From Sphingomonadaceae bacterium (GTDB lineage Bacteria; Chloroflexota; UBA6077): DNA of 64,000 nucleotides. Under the pieces are notes generated by a model, which was given only the letters and a program-made list of their open reading frames with translations, had not been told where the DNA came from and did not search any database. Positions 1-10,513 of this stretch are shown piece after piece. Both the position numbers and the translations under genes were made by a program. Numbering within the stretch: position 1 is the stretch's first letter; every line of letters begins with the position of its first letter. The stretch is taken from assembly GCA_050261575.1 (NCBI GenBank), contig JBLNDL010000005.1, positions 1-64,000 of the forward strand. Direction: 5' to 3'.

Positions 1-1130
1 GAGGTAGCCTCCTGCGCCTCCCATCGAATGGTGGCCGTGTGGATCTCCTCCACCGCGCCGCTCTTGCTCTCGAGCCACACGACGCGGCCGTCGAACACCC
101 GAGGGTCGCTGCTGCTCGCGGGACCCGTGGCTATGGGAAACGTCACCCCCCGGCTGATGCTATAGCCGTACAGGTCGAACTGGCCGCCGGATTTGAGTTC
201 TGTCCACACCACCAGATCATCGTGGATGGCCGGGCTCTCCTTGGCCGCGCCCCCCGCCGCTATCGCGAACTGGCCGACTCCCTTGCGGTACCCGTACACC
301 CCCGCCGCCCCCTTCCGGCTGTCCAGCCAGACGAGGGTCCAGGAATCGCCGTCTCCGGACACTTGAGGCTTCGTCTGTCTCGATGACTTGGCGAAGCTGG
401 CTGTGTCCAGGACGGACTGAGGGTTGAAGTCGCCACCATCGGTGGAGAAGGAGAAGAGGCGCACGTGAGCCACGCCATCCGCCCCCGTTTGCTGGAAGGC
501 GATCAGGCCATCGGCCAGGGAGGGAGCATCTTCCACCCTGTTGGCCGTGGAGAGGTCCACGACGGTATCCTGGGTTCCAGCCAGGTCCCTGAGGTGAACC
601 CTGCCGTCGGAGCCCTGGTAGGCCACGAAGTTGCCGTGGATGGCCGGCGCCGTGGTGGTGGTCTTCAGCATGGCGTCGAGCTGGGCAACCGATTCGTCGT
701 GGACGTCGTACTTGAATAGGGCCGGGGGCGTGCCATTTCGCCAATCCACCCACACCACGTTGGATCCGTGAAGGCGGGGGTACTTCTGGTTGCCGGATCC
801 ATCGGGGGAGAGGGGCCACGAGTCCCCCGAGGCGACGTCGACGGCTCGCACCTGGACGGCCCCACTCCCCGGCACCTGCTCTTCGTAGACCACCAACCCC
901 TGGTGTAGGTCCGGCCCGGCAACCCTCTTGCCGCTGCGCACCAGCGGGGTCAGCTCGATCCATGGGAGATCGGCGGCTCTGGCGACCCCCAAACCGAGGG
1001 CCGAGGTGTGGCTCTCAGTTCCACGACCGTCGAGATCGATCGAGACGAGGGCAAGAGGAAACAGCAGAAGGGCTGCCAGCACGGGCGACAGGACTACGTG
1101 CGGGAGTCCGCCACCAACCCGTCCGCCCAC
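1..1130 (-). CDS. Secreted beta-propeller repeat protein (Methanosarcina-type/TolB-like repeats), runs off the left edge
   Basis: Not in the ORF track; translated by hand. GTG at 1130 follows GGAGGAGG; hydrophobic signal segment VLAALLLFPLALV; repeats PRLHGSNVVWVDWRNG, PAIHGNFVAYQ, PAIHDDLVVWTE, PRVFDGRVVWLE; frame open to position 1. Confidence 0.75.
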   Translation of the reverse strand, partial: MGGRVGGGLPHVVLSPVLAALLLFPLALVSIDLDGRGTESHTSALGLGVARAADLPWIELTPLVRSGKRVAGPDLHQGLVVYEEQVPGSGAVQVRAVDVASGDSWPLSPDGSGNQKYPRLHGSNVVWVDWRNGTPPALFKYDVHDESVAQLDAMLKTTTTAPAIHGNFVAYQGSDGRVHLRDLAGTQDTVVDLSTANRVEDAPSLADGLIAFQQTGADGVAHVRLFSFSTDGGDFNPQSVLDTASFAKSSRQTKPQVSGDGDSWTLVWLDSRKGAAGVYGYRKGVGQFAIAAGGAAKESPAIHDDLVVWTELKSGGQFDLYGYSISRGVTFPIATGPASSSDPRVFDGRVVWLESKSGAVEEIHTATIRWEAQEAT

Positions 1131-1377
1131 CGGGAGTCCCTCCTCCTCCGCTCCCAAACCAAGGTCAGGCCGAGCTATCGGCTCCGGTCACACCGGTATA
1201 TCCACATAGATGTTGTATCTGCAGGTTAGCATCACGCCGGTAGCTCGTCAACCCCACACGCCCGATCCCCCTTGTCGCTGCATTGGAAGACGGGCTCTCC
1301 CGCACGTCCCTGGGCGGTGACACGATGGGGGAGACACAGCAGCCGTGGGGCCACGGCTGCTGTGTCTGGGGGGCTAT

Positions 1378-1443
1378 GCAGGTATCTCTAGTTCGTGTCA
1401 ACTTCTCTGTCGGGAAACGTGTACTCTCTCTGGAGATACCTGC
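1378..1443. repeat. 66-bp element with 11-bp terminal inverted repeats (GCAGGTATCTC...GAGATACCTGC), copy 1
   Basis: Same-length, closely similar copy at 13560-13625. Confidence 0.8.
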
Positions 1444-1752
1444 TTAGAAGTCGAGTGCGCTTTCCCGCCCCATGTTCATCAACCCGACGTAGCGCCAGAG
1501 CGCGGCCACGTCGGGGGGAACGAGGACCACCCGATCGCCGGGCTCGAGGGCCACACCGTTCCGGCGGATGCGGCCGTTGACCATCGTCATGGCCACCTGA
1601 TCCGGCGGGACTCCCATCCGCCGGATCACATCCGGTACCGTGCACCCCTCCTCCATCTCCAGCCGGAACGTGCCGTCGCCGTTACTGGGGCAATCCCGCC
1701 CGTATCCGTCGAGCTTGAGCCTGCCCGACAGCATGACGTCCACCTGCACCAT
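1444..1752 (-). CDS. MoaD/ThiS-like beta-grasp protein without C-terminal GG
   Basis: VDVMLSGRL...TVPDVIRRMGVP...MVNG...LEPGDRVVLVPP pattern; ends ESALDF. Confidence 0.75.
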   Translation of the reverse strand: MVQVDVMLSGRLKLDGYGRDCPSNGDGTFRLEMEEGCTVPDVIRRMGVPPDQVAMTMVNGRIRRNGVALEPGDRVVLVPPDVAALWRYVGLMNMGRESALDF

Positions 1753-1772
1753 GGCTCGACCTCCGCGGGGTG

Positions 1773-1985
1773 CTACAGAGCCTTGCGAAACTCCTCCCAC
1801 AGGTCACCCTCGGACAGGTAGAGCCGATTGGGGATGCGCTCCAGCACCGACAGGACGTTCTCGGGCGCCTTCTGTGCCCTGGCCACGTCTATCGCCTCGA
1901 CCGGCGCCATCGGCCAACCCGCCTTCCTCAGATAGTCGTGCAGCTCCTTCCGAGTGATCGTCGGCCCATCCGTCGTCGTCGACAT
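1773..1985 (-). CDS. Small DUF2795-like protein
   Basis: 70 aa; YLRKAGWP...ARAQKAPENVLSVLERIP..Y pattern; RBS GGAGGAAG. Confidence 0.65.
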   Translation of the reverse strand: MSTTTDGPTITRKELHDYLRKAGWPMAPVEAIDVARAQKAPENVLSVLERIPNRLYLSEGDLWEEFRKAL

Positions 1986-2352
1986 TCGGTCTTCCTCCTT
2001 TCCCTCGGCAGCATGAAACCCATTCGCCCGAAACCTGTGGAACGAGATCGAAGCCTGCTCGCTCGACCGCAGATCCGCCCTCCGCCCCGAGAACCTATCC
2101 CGCAACCACGCATGCCCAAACACACAAGGGCACGCCAAGGCCATCCCGAAGTCACTCTTCGTGCATCCTCGTGTCCTTCGTGGTGAAGGTCCTTGGCAAG
2201 CTTCAGGCTCCTTCTCGTCCGCCTACAACCTAGCACCGGGCACCGCTACTGGCATCCGAGAAGCGCCGATCCACCCTAAACAGAGGGACCGCCTTCCGGC
2301 GGCCCCTCTCCACAGCGATCCAACGGTGGCTACAACAAATGTGCAGATCCGT

Positions 2353-3030
2353 CTAGCCGTGCCCCTCGACCGAGCCGTTCAGGGATGCAAGGCCCACCCG
2401 CAGTGCGTACAGCGCGGCCTGCGTCCGGCTGGCTAGCTGCAGCTTCCCCAGGATGTTGCTGATGTGGGTGCGCACCGTAGCCTCCGTGATCACCAGCCGC
2501 TCGGCTATCTCCTGGTTGAGAAGCCCCTGCCCCACCAGTCCCAGCACCTCGATCTCTCGCTCCGTCAGGGCGTCGAGAGCCGAGGGGCGATCCGCGGGGC
2601 GGGCCAGCTCCAGCAGCACCCGTCGGGATATGGTCGGGTCCAGCGAAGCCTCTCCACGATACAGGTGGCGGATGGCCCGCACCAACTCATCCGGCCCCGA
2701 GTCCTTCAGCAGGTAACCCATCGCCCCGGCCTTGATCGCCGGAAACAGCTTGTCGTCGGCGGCGAAGCTGGTCAACACCAGGATCCGCGCCCGCGGCTCC
2801 GAGGCCGCGATCTGGCGAATGGCTTCGATCCCGTCCATCCCAGGCATCACCAAATCCATCAGGACCACGTCGGGGTGCAGGCTACCGGCCAGTGCCACCG
2901 CTTCCCGTCCGTTGGAGGCCTCGCCCACAACCTCGATGCTCGGCTTGGCCTCCAACAGCGCGCATATCCCCTTGCGGACGATGGCGTGATCGTCGACGAC
3001 GAGCACGCGGATAGCCTCCTCCTGAGCCAT
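2353..3030 (-). CDS. NarL/LuxR-family response regulator
   Basis: REC domain (VVDDH, DLVMPGMDG, GYLLK) plus HTH LTEREIEVL...TVRTHISNILGKL. Confidence 0.95.
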   Translation of the reverse strand: MAQEEAIRVLVVDDHAIVRKGICALLEAKPSIEVVGEASNGREAVALAGSLHPDVVLMDLVMPGMDGIEAIRQIAASEPRARILVLTSFAADDKLFPAIKAGAMGYLLKDSGPDELVRAIRHLYRGEASLDPTISRRVLLELARPADRPSALDALTEREIEVLGLVGQGLLNQEIAERLVITEATVRTHISNILGKLQLASRTQAALYALRVGLASLNGSVEGHG

Positions 3031-3033
3031 TGC

Positions 3034-4125
3034 TCACACCTCCCGCTCGGCCACGGCCCGGGGCAACAGTTCGACACTCACCCTGCATCCCCCGCCGGGG
3101 GCGCTATCCACCCGGAACTCCCCACCGAGCCGCTGTGCCCGCTCACGCATTCCCTTCAACCCCAGGCCGCCCCTATCCCACACCGCTTCCGGATCGAAGC
3201 CCACCCCGTCGTCCTTCACCTCCAGGCAGACGGAGCCCTCCCCCAGCCTCAGCAGCACCGTCACGTGTCGAGCCCTAGCGTGCTTGAGAACGTTGTTGAG
3301 GGCCTCCTGGGCGATACGATACAGCTCCCGCTCCAGGGCGGGGGGAAGCCTTCCGGCCCCCTCCACCCGCAGGTCGGCCTGCAACCCTCCCCGAACCTCC
3401 ACCGCCTCCAACCTTGCCTGAAGGGCGGCCACCAGCCCGTCCTTCTCCAGCACAGGCGGGAGCAGCTCGAAGATGAGCAGGCGCATCTCCCGCAGCGCCT
3501 CCTGGGCGGTCTCTCGAAGCTCCCGCAGCCGATCCATCGCCTTCTCCGTCTGCCCAGCCCGCAACAGCTCCGCGGCAGCCTCCGCGTAGAGGGTCGTGCT
3601 GTAGAGGGACTGGGTCACCGAATCGTGGAGCTCTCGGGCCAGCCGCTGCCGCTCCTCCATCACCGCCAGCCGCTCCTCCTGCGCCTCCATGTCTCGGTGC
3701 ATCGCCTCAGCGTAGAGGTGCCCGAAGCGGGCGATCAGGTGGCGGACGCAGGCGTCCAGTTGGGCGATGGTCTTGCATGCCTCGCTCCAACTGGAGGAGA
3801 AGGCGTCGAGGACGTATGGCAGGGCAGTCTCCCTCCACAGCAACAGCCCCTCAATCACCTCTGAGATGTCGAATCGCTGGCGGAGTCTGGCCAGACTCAC
3901 ATCCAGCAGGTAGTGGTCGATTGCGGCGTAGGAGCCGGTAGCGAGCGCCTCCAGGATGGCGTCGACACATCTGGAGCCCGCGACGCGCAGTTCCTCCAGA
4001 GGGCGCTGGCGATAGTGGGAATCGGGTAGCTGGTGGACCCTCTGCGCCCAGGACCGGGCGATCTGCTGGCGGTGTCGGCCCAGCAGCGCGGCCAAATCCG
4101 GGGACTTTTCGATCGGTGGCGCCAT
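3034..4125 (-). CDS. Cytoplasmic HisKA_3 sensor kinase with RsbRD-N-like N-terminal domain
   Basis: ERQRLARELHDSVTQ H-box, EALNNVLKHA, DDGVGF, GLGLKGMRER; no TM segment. Confidence 0.9.
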   Translation of the reverse strand: MAPPIEKSPDLAALLGRHRQQIARSWAQRVHQLPDSHYRQRPLEELRVAGSRCVDAILEALATGSYAAIDHYLLDVSLARLRQRFDISEVIEGLLLWRETALPYVLDAFSSSWSEACKTIAQLDACVRHLIARFGHLYAEAMHRDMEAQEERLAVMEERQRLARELHDSVTQSLYSTTLYAEAAAELLRAGQTEKAMDRLRELRETAQEALREMRLLIFELLPPVLEKDGLVAALQARLEAVEVRGGLQADLRVEGAGRLPPALERELYRIAQEALNNVLKHARARHVTVLLRLGEGSVCLEVKDDGVGFDPEAVWDRGGLGLKGMRERAQRLGGEFRVDSAPGGGCRVSVELLPRAVAEREV

Positions 4126-4450
4126 CTCCCTCACCCGACGGCACAGAACGAGGGTAGGGCCGATTGACTTCCGACGTTGCCTACGTATACTACATAGTTA
4201 AAGACGTAGCCGTCTACAAGCCGCAACACTCCCTCCCCAAGGACTGTGGAGCGCGAGGGTGGCTCGGCCCCGAGGACGGGGCGCCAGACCAAGGCCGCTC
4301 GGCGTGATGAGTACCCGGTTCTAAGATGGAGGGAGCTATGGGCACCCCCCAGTTCAGGACGGCGCTCCTCGACAATCCGCGACACCATTTCGCCTCTATC
4401 CACGCTTTCCTGCACCCCTGCCACTCGATTCCACTTCGCCGGAGGGCGCC

Positions 4451-4825
4451 ATGATCGCGATCGAGGTATGGCTGTACGGTCCCCTCTCCAGGTACGGGGG
4501 GGAGCAGAACCGGGGAAGCCACGCACAGTTGCAGCTCGAGTTGCCCAAGGGGTCGAGGATGAGAGACCTGCTCCACCTGCTGAAGCTGCCGGTGGAGGAG
4601 AAGGGGATCACCTTCATCAACGCCCAGTTGACCGACATGCCCGGGCTGGCGGCCGACCTGGAGTGGGAGTTACGGCAGGGGGATCGGGTCGGCATCTTCC
4701 ACCGAGCCAGCATGTGGCCCTTCCAGTACCGCCACGGGGCCGACCTCAGCCCGGAACTGCGCGAGGCCATGAATCGGCAGGGGGGAGGGGCACTGCGCCA
4801 CTCGCCGAGCCAGCGGAACGAATGA
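4451..4825 (+). CDS. MoaD/ThiS-like beta-grasp protein without C-terminal GG, with long C-terminal extension
   Basis: IEVWLYGPLSRY...MRDLLHLLKLP...FIN...LRQGDRVGIF; RBS GGAGGG; first gene before aor. Confidence 0.7.
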   Translation: MIAIEVWLYGPLSRYGGEQNRGSHAQLQLELPKGSRMRDLLHLLKLPVEEKGITFINAQLTDMPGLAADLEWELRQGDRVGIFHRASMWPFQYRHGADLSPELREAMNRQGGGALRHSPSQRNE

Positions 4826-4954
4826 GCCTGGGGGCATAGGACCCACCAGGCAAGGGAGGTGATGTTCGAACAACTCCTGGCAGGCCCTCACGTCAAAGGG
4901 TAACTTCGTCTATGTACCATGGAGAGTGTGTGATCGCTGAAGGAGGCAGCCAAG

Positions 4955-6700
4955 ATGGCGACATTCCTGCGCGTAAACATGACCGACCGGACGGCCAGGT
5001 ATGAGGAAGTACCCGAGAAGTACAGGCTGATGGGAGGCCGCTGGCTGACCAGCATCCTCACAGCCGACGAGGTGCCCCCCACGGCCCACCCACTGGGCCC
5101 CCACAACAAGGTCATCCTCTCACCCGGCATCGTCACCGGCACGGCCGCCCCAACCTCCGCGCGAATCTCGGTGGGCGGCAAGTCCCCTCTGACGGGTGGC
5201 ATCAAGGAGGCGAACGCGGGCACCGGACTGGGGCAGAGCATAGCCCGTATGGGGATCAAGTCGGTGATCGTGGAGGGTCAACCCCAGGAGAAGGGGAAGC
5301 TGTGGGGGCTTCACCTCACCAAGGACGCAGCCACCTTCTTCCCCGCCGACGAGTTCGCCGGCAAAGGGTTGTACGAGGTGTACCCGCTGCTGTTCCAGCG
5401 CTTCGGCAAGAAGGTCGACATCATGGCGATCGGTTCGGCCGGTGAGTTCGCGATGGCCAACGCGGGCGTCTGCTTCAACGACCAGGAGGGGCGCCCCGCC
5501 CGCTATGCCGGTCGCGGGGGGCTGGGTGCCGTACTGGGGAGCAAGGGGCTGAAGTTCCTGGTGGTGGACGGCGCCGGACTGCCGGCCTCGATCCCCATCG
5601 CCAACGAGGCCCTCTTCCAGCAGGGCCGAAAGAAGCTGACCGAGGCCCTCTTGAGCCACGACATCACCAAGCCGAAGGGTGGGCTGAACACCTACGGCAC
5701 CGCCGTCCTGGTGAACATCATGAACGAGGCCGGAGGCCTCCCCACCCGCAACTTCTCCTCCGGCCGCTTCGAGGGGGCGGCAACCATATCCGGCGAGGCG
5801 ATCTTCGAGGGGAACAGGCAGCGGCTGGGCAAGGAGCTGTACAACCACGCCTGCAGCCCCGGCTGCATCATCCAGTGCTCCAACGTCTGGCACAGGCCCG
5901 ACGGCAGCGAGCACGTCTCCTGCCAGGAGTACGAGTCGGTCTGGTCGCTGGGGGCCAACTGCGGCATCGACTCCCTGGACGTAACCGGAGAGCTGATCTA
6001 CCTCTGCAACGACATCGGCCTGGACACTATCGAGGCCGGCGTCACCCTGGGGGTGGCCATGGAGGGCGGCCTGGCCAAGTTCGGCGACGCCGAGGCCGCC
6101 ATCAAGCTGATGCAGGAGATCGGCAAGGGCACTCCGGTCGGGCGGATCCTGGGCAACGGCGCGGCCTTCACCGGCAAGGCACTGGGGGTCGTGCGGGTTC
6201 CGACCGTCAAGGGCCAGGCGATGCCCGCCTACGAGCCCAGGGCGGTCAAGGGTATCGGCGTCACCTACGCCACCGGCACCATGGGTGCCGATCACACCCA
6301 GGGCTACACCATCGCGCCGGAGATCCTGGGTGTTAGCGGCAAGGTGGACCCGTTCGCCACCAACAAGGGCGAGCTTTCCCGCAACTTCCAGGCGAGCACG
6401 GCGTTTATCGACAGCTCGGGCCACTGCCTCTTCATCGCCTTCGCCATCCTGGACATCGCCAGCGGCTTCGAGGGCATGGTGGAGGAGTGCGCCGGAGTGC
6501 TCGGCACCAACTGGACGGCGGACGACGTGGTGGAGATCGGCCGAACGATCGTCCGAAGGGAGAGGGAGTTCAACCTGGGCGCCGGCATGAGCAACGCCCA
6601 CGACCGGATGCCCGAGTTCATGAAGTACGAGCCCCTCCCGCCGCACAACGTCGTCTGGGACGTCACCGAGGCGGAGCTGGATTCGGTCCACATGGCCTGA
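4955..6700 (+). CDS. aor: Aldehyde:ferredoxin oxidoreductase family protein (W/Mo-bis-pterin)
   Basis: KSPLTGGIKEANAG, GRGGLGAVLGSKGLK, CSPGCIIQC, EYES, GLDTI, YEPR, GADHT motifs. Confidence 0.93.
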   Translation: MATFLRVNMTDRTARYEEVPEKYRLMGGRWLTSILTADEVPPTAHPLGPHNKVILSPGIVTGTAAPTSARISVGGKSPLTGGIKEANAGTGLGQSIARMGIKSVIVEGQPQEKGKLWGLHLTKDAATFFPADEFAGKGLYEVYPLLFQRFGKKVDIMAIGSAGEFAMANAGVCFNDQEGRPARYAGRGGLGAVLGSKGLKFLVVDGAGLPASIPIANEALFQQGRKKLTEALLSHDITKPKGGLNTYGTAVLVNIMNEAGGLPTRNFSSGRFEGAATISGEAIFEGNRQRLGKELYNHACSPGCIIQCSNVWHRPDGSEHVSCQEYESVWSLGANCGIDSLDVTGELIYLCNDIGLDTIEAGVTLGVAMEGGLAKFGDAEAAIKLMQEIGKGTPVGRILGNGAAFTGKALGVVRVPTVKGQAMPAYEPRAVKGIGVTYATGTMGADHTQGYTIAPEILGVSGKVDPFATNKGELSRNFQASTAFIDSSGHCLFIAFAILDIASGFEGMVEECAGVLGTNWTADDVVEIGRTIVRREREFNLGAGMSNAHDRMPEFMKYEPLPPHNVVWDVTEAELDSVHMA

Positions 6701-6796
6701 GGCCGAGGAGTGAGCGGTGGGGACTGAGGACTGAGTTGCGAGGACTGAGTAAGCATCTCTCCTCCCTTAGTCCTCTGTCCTGAACAGAGGCGACTG

Positions 6797-7057
6797 ATGA
6801 TCGAGGTACACCTGTACGGCCGCCTGCGACGGTATGGACCTACCCAGGAGGCCACCACCCCATGCGTGCTTCGGGTGGAGCCGCACCCGGAGCACCGGAC
6901 GGTGGGAGACCTGGTCACATCCCTGGGGATCCCGCCCGAGGCGGTGGCCAGCGTCTTCAGCGACGGCCGCTGGCGGCAGGAAGGGGTGAATGCGCCGCTC
7001 GGCGAGACCACGCGCCTCGGCCTCTTCCCGCCGAACATGAGCCTGCTGTACGTGTAG
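6797..7057 (+). CDS. MoaD/ThiS-like protein without C-terminal GG
   Basis: IEVHLYGRLRRY...TVGDLVTSLGIP...RLGLFPPNMSLLYV*. Confidence 0.75.
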   Translation: MIEVHLYGRLRRYGPTQEATTPCVLRVEPHPEHRTVGDLVTSLGIPPEAVASVFSDGRWRQEGVNAPLGETTRLGLFPPNMSLLYV

Positions 7058-7070
7058 GGGACTCGGATGG

Positions 7071-7154
7071 ATCCGCAGATGTCGCAGATCGACGCAGATG
7101 TATTCCATTCAGACCGGCATCTGCGAGCGCCTGCGTACATCTGCGGATCGGTTC
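7071..7154. repeat. Palindromic GCAGAT-periodic intergenic repeat, copy 1
   Basis: ATCCGCAGATGTCGCAGATCGACGCAGA...CATCTGCGGATCGGTTC; arms identical to 16022-16104. Confidence 0.85.
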
Positions 7155-7179
7155 TGCTGGGCGCTTTGAGGAGGGACTG

Positions 7180-7506
7180 ATGGCGCTTCCGCAGGAACGC
7201 GACGAGAGCATCGAGGTGAAGGTGAGGGTGTACGCCGGCCTGCGCCGCCACCTGCGCGACCTCCCCATAGGCCAATCCCTGGCGGTCCGGATCCGGCCTC
7301 AGGCCACCATCGCGGAGCTTCTGGAGCAGATGGGCATCTCCCCCACCGAGGTCAAGAGCTGCTTCGTCAACGGCATTCGGCAGGAACTGGATTGTCCCCT
7401 GCGAGAGGGCGACGAGCTCGCAGCCTTCCCCCCCGTCGCGGGCGGCGCACCCCGCACAGCCCTTTACAGACGCCCCATGCAGAAGTATGCGGTAGCACTT
7501 AAGTAA
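7180..7506 (+). CDS. MoaD/ThiS sulfur-carrier-like protein; GG motif followed by a 19-aa tail
   Basis: VKVRVYAGLRR...FVNG...LREGDELAAFPPVAGG then APRTALYRRPMQKYAVALK; RBS GAGGAGG. Confidence 0.8.
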   Translation: MALPQERDESIEVKVRVYAGLRRHLRDLPIGQSLAVRIRPQATIAELLEQMGISPTEVKSCFVNGIRQELDCPLREGDELAAFPPVAGGAPRTALYRRPMQKYAVALK

Positions 7507-7576
7507 CATGACACGCCCCCGAACTCGGGGTGTGTCATGTCGGTCACGACCGGCGGGGGAGAAGGCCCCGCCCTAC

Positions 7577-9604
7577 TCACTCCTTGCCCACCGGCAGGCT
7601 GAAGGAGAAGATGCTGCCCCTGCCCAGTTCGCTTTCCACCCAGATCCGGCCACCGTGGGCCTCCACGAGCATTCGGGCTATGTACAGCCCCAACCCCAGC
7701 CCAGCGCTCCTCCTGTTCGCATCGCTTCGGTAGAAGCGATCGAAGATGTGAAGCTGATGCTCCGGAGCGATGCCAACGCCTCGATCCCTCACGGAGACCA
7801 CCACCACGCCATCGCCCGGCCTCGCCGCCACTAGCACCTCGGATTCCGGAGGCGAGTACCTGAGGGCATTTGCGACCAGATTGGTCACTACCCTCTCGAT
7901 CCGTTCGGGATCCAGCCACACCGGTGGCAGGCCGTCGCAGGCCTCGAGCCGCAGACGTGACTGCTCCTCCATGGAGCCGACCCGCTGCAGCAGGTCGGAC
8001 AGCAGTTGGCAGAGATCGACCTGCTGACGCCGGAGCTCTACCTGCCCGGCACCGAGTCGCACGGACTCCACCAGATCCTCGATCATCGCCCCCATCCGCC
8101 TGGCAGCCTTCAGGATCCACTCGGCGCTCTTGCTCTCTCGCTCCAGTCCCCGCTGCATCAGGAGTCGCTGCAGCAGTTGCGCCTGCCCCATCAGGGCGGT
8201 GAGGGGATTGCGCAGATCGTGGGAGATCAGGGAGACGTACTCCTTCTGGAACCGTTCCACCTGCTTCTGCTCGGTGACATCGTGGAAGGTCACGATCCCG
8301 GCGACGATCCGCCCATCCCGATCCCTGATGGGAGCGGAGTTGACGTGGAGGGTCCTCCAAGCGCCGTCCCCTCGCCGAAACTCGATCTCCTCTCCGGCCA
8401 CCACCTCACCGGTCCAGATCGGTCGAAACAGGAAGTCCTCGAGCCGCGATGGCCTCCCATCCGAAGAGCGAGCCAGCAAGTGGGTGGGCTCCCCGCACCG
8501 AGCGAAGGCACGGAGACCGCCGGGCACGATCTCCTCTACCTGCCGGTTGGCCAAGATCACCTCGCCGGAGGGAGCCTCGACGATGACCACCGCCCCGGGC
8601 ATCTGCTGGAGCACAGCCTGCAACTCGTCAGCCCGCCGCCGTGCCTGGGCGGCCAGCTCCTCCATCTGCTTGCGGGCCGCCACCTGCTCGGTCACGTCGG
8701 TGCCCAACAGCATGAAGTCGAGCTGATCCCCGCTGGGACCGGGAAGGGGCAGCACCGTCCAGTTCCAGTAGGTGCGGCCTCGAGATGGGATCTCGTGCAG
8801 GAGCCCCTGCTCAGTGAGCGGGTGCCCCAACTCGGCTACCCTTGAGAAGACCTTAAAGACGCCACACTCGGCCGCTCCGGGAATTATGTCCCCTAGGTGG
8901 AGCCCGGTGAGATCCACATCACGGTACCGTTCGTCCACGAACTGCCGGAAGGTGTCGTTGCCCCACTTCACCCGCAGTTCCCGACTGTCCACCATGGCGA
9001 TGGCGGCCGGTGCGTTGTCCACCATAGCCCGGAGGAGCGATCGTTGGGTATCGATCTGATGGAGCAGCCCTTCGCGCTCCTTTTCCGCCCGAACGCGCTC
9101 GGTCACGTCGTGCCCAACCAGGACCACCCCGGCTGTCCGGTCACCGACCATCAGTGGGGATGCCGACATGAGCAGACTGCAGTCGACCCCCTCGGCGTTG
9201 GTGCAGTGGATCGGCACGGGCCTCGACCAATCAGCCCCCGCCCTGCCGACCACGGGAAGCTCGTCCTTGGTGATGGGCCTCCCATCCTCGTGCCGGACCG
9301 ACAGCCTGGCGAAAACGGTCGACACGTCGACGCCCACCAGATCGAATCCAGAGTAGGAGTAGGCAGCGCGGTTGGCCAGTATGGCTACCCCGTTCCTGTC
9401 GAGAACCATCACCGGATCGACTATGGAGGAGAACACTGCTTCCAGTTCGGCGGCTCGTCCACGGGCCTCTTCTGCCAGTCGACGGCTCTCCACGCTTGTG
9501 AGAACCAGTTGCTGATTCGCCTCCCGCAGTCTGCGAACGAGCCCGGGCTTGTCCCGCCGGTCGTAGCCCCCCGCTTCTTCAACCGAGACGTCGTCGGCGC
9601 TCAT
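7577..9604 (-). CDS. Multi-PAS sensor histidine kinase (orphan)
   Basis: Three PAS/PAC units ending [14 protein letters not shown]-box, [22 protein letters not shown]; start MSADD after GGAGG. Confidence 0.92.
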   Translation of the reverse strand: MSADDVSVEEAGGYDRRDKPGLVRRLREANQQLVLTSVESRRLAEEARGRAAELEAVFSSIVDPVMVLDRNGVAILANRAAYSYSGFDLVGVDVSTVFARLSVRHEDGRPITKDELPVVGRAGADWSRPVPIHCTNAEGVDCSLLMSASPLMVGDRTAGVVLVGHDVTERVRAEKEREGLLHQIDTQRSLLRAMVDNAPAAIAMVDSRELRVKWGNDTFRQFVDERYRDVDLTGLHLGDIIPGAAECGVFKVFSRVAELGHPLTEQGLLHEIPSRGRTYWNWTVLPLPGPSGDQLDFMLLGTDVTEQVAARKQMEELAAQARRRADELQAVLQQMPGAVVIVEAPSGEVILANRQVEEIVPGGLRAFARCGEPTHLLARSSDGRPSRLEDFLFRPIWTGEVVAGEEIEFRRGDGAWRTLHVNSAPIRDRDGRIVAGIVTFHDVTEQKQVERFQKEYVSLISHDLRNPLTALMGQAQLLQRLLMQRGLERESKSAEWILKAARRMGAMIEDLVESVRLGAGQVELRRQQVDLCQLLSDLLQRVGSMEEQSRLRLEACDGLPPVWLDPERIERVVTNLVANALRYSPPESEVLVAARPGDGVVVVSVRDRGVGIAPEHQLHIFDRFYRSDANRRSAGLGLGLYIARMLVEAHGGRIWVESELGRGSIFSFSLPVGKE

Positions 9605-9883
9605 CCGTACCTCCCGGAACGCGGCTCTCAGGCCCGCGCGGCGCCCCCAACCGGTTGAGACCATGCCGGTCGCTCCAGCCGGTAGGGTACCGTGTGCCGT
9701 TGTCGTCTCCACCTCCCAGCCTCGCATGGCAGCGTCCACGGCCGATGCTGGACAATCAAGACCATCTTCTAACAGATAGCTCTGAATGTCTATAAGAATT
9801 GAGTACTACAGGGAGGAGGGTGTGGTGTAAAGGCTGGGGTATCGTGTGGAGAATCCGTGGTTCACCCCGGGGCTTCCGGGGGG

Positions 9884-10513
9884 TCAGGATGCCGGACGAT
9901 CGTGGGGCAAGGCGAGGTTGACGATTCGGGCCCAGGCGCTCTCCACTTGGCGGCGGGTCTCATCCAGGGTGCCACTGTTGTCTATCACCACGTTGGCGTG
10001 CTTGGTCTTCTCCGCCGCGGGGGTCTGGACGTCCACCCGCAGCTCCGCCTCGGCCTGGCTCAGCCCACGGCTCCGCCTCAGCCGCTCGATCTGCTGCTCC
10101 CGGCGACATGTCACCACCCACACGGAGTCCACCCGGCGGCTCCAGCCGGCCTCGATCAGCTTGATGGCCTCCAGCACCACCACCGGCCTCTTGGATGCGT
10201 TGATCCGCTCCTCGGCCAGCCTTCGTGCCGGCGGATGGAGCATCGCCTCCAGATCGGCGAGCGCCTCCCGGTCGCGGAAGACGATCTCCCCCAGCCGAGC
10301 GCGGTCGATCGTGCCGTCGGCGCGCAGGATCCCCTGGCCGAAACGCTGCACGATGCCGCGCCAACCCGCGGTACCGGGCTCCATCAGTTGGTGCACCAGC
10401 CCGTCGGCGTCGATCACCTCGGCACCCAGCTCCGCCAGCATTCTCGCGACGGTGCTCTTTCCGCATCCGATGTTGCCAGTCAGCCCAATCACGTAGTGTT
10501 TCATCGCGGCCAT
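9884..10513 (-). CDS. coaE: Dephospho-CoA kinase
   Basis: IGLTGNIGCGKSTV, IDAD, IDRARLGEIVF, HP, VIDNSG. Confidence 0.95.
   Translation of the reverse strand: MAAMKHYVIGLTGNIGCGKSTVARMLAELGAEVIDADGLVHQLMEPGTAGWRGIVQRFGQGILRADGTIDRARLGEIVFRDREALADLEAMLHPPARRLAEERINASKRPVVVLEAIKLIEAGWSRRVDSVWVVTCRREQQIERLRRSRGLSQAEAELRVDVQTPAAEKTKHANVVIDNSGTLDETRRQVESAWARIVNLALPHDRPAS

Noticed and set aside
4200..4450. Moco/tungsten-cofactor riboswitch before the aor operon
   Set aside because: Could not find the conserved elements by eye; needs cmscan
4862..4903. 13-codon ORF MFEQLLAGPHVKG after AAGGGAGGTG
   Set aside because: SD-to-ATG spacing is too short and there is no other support
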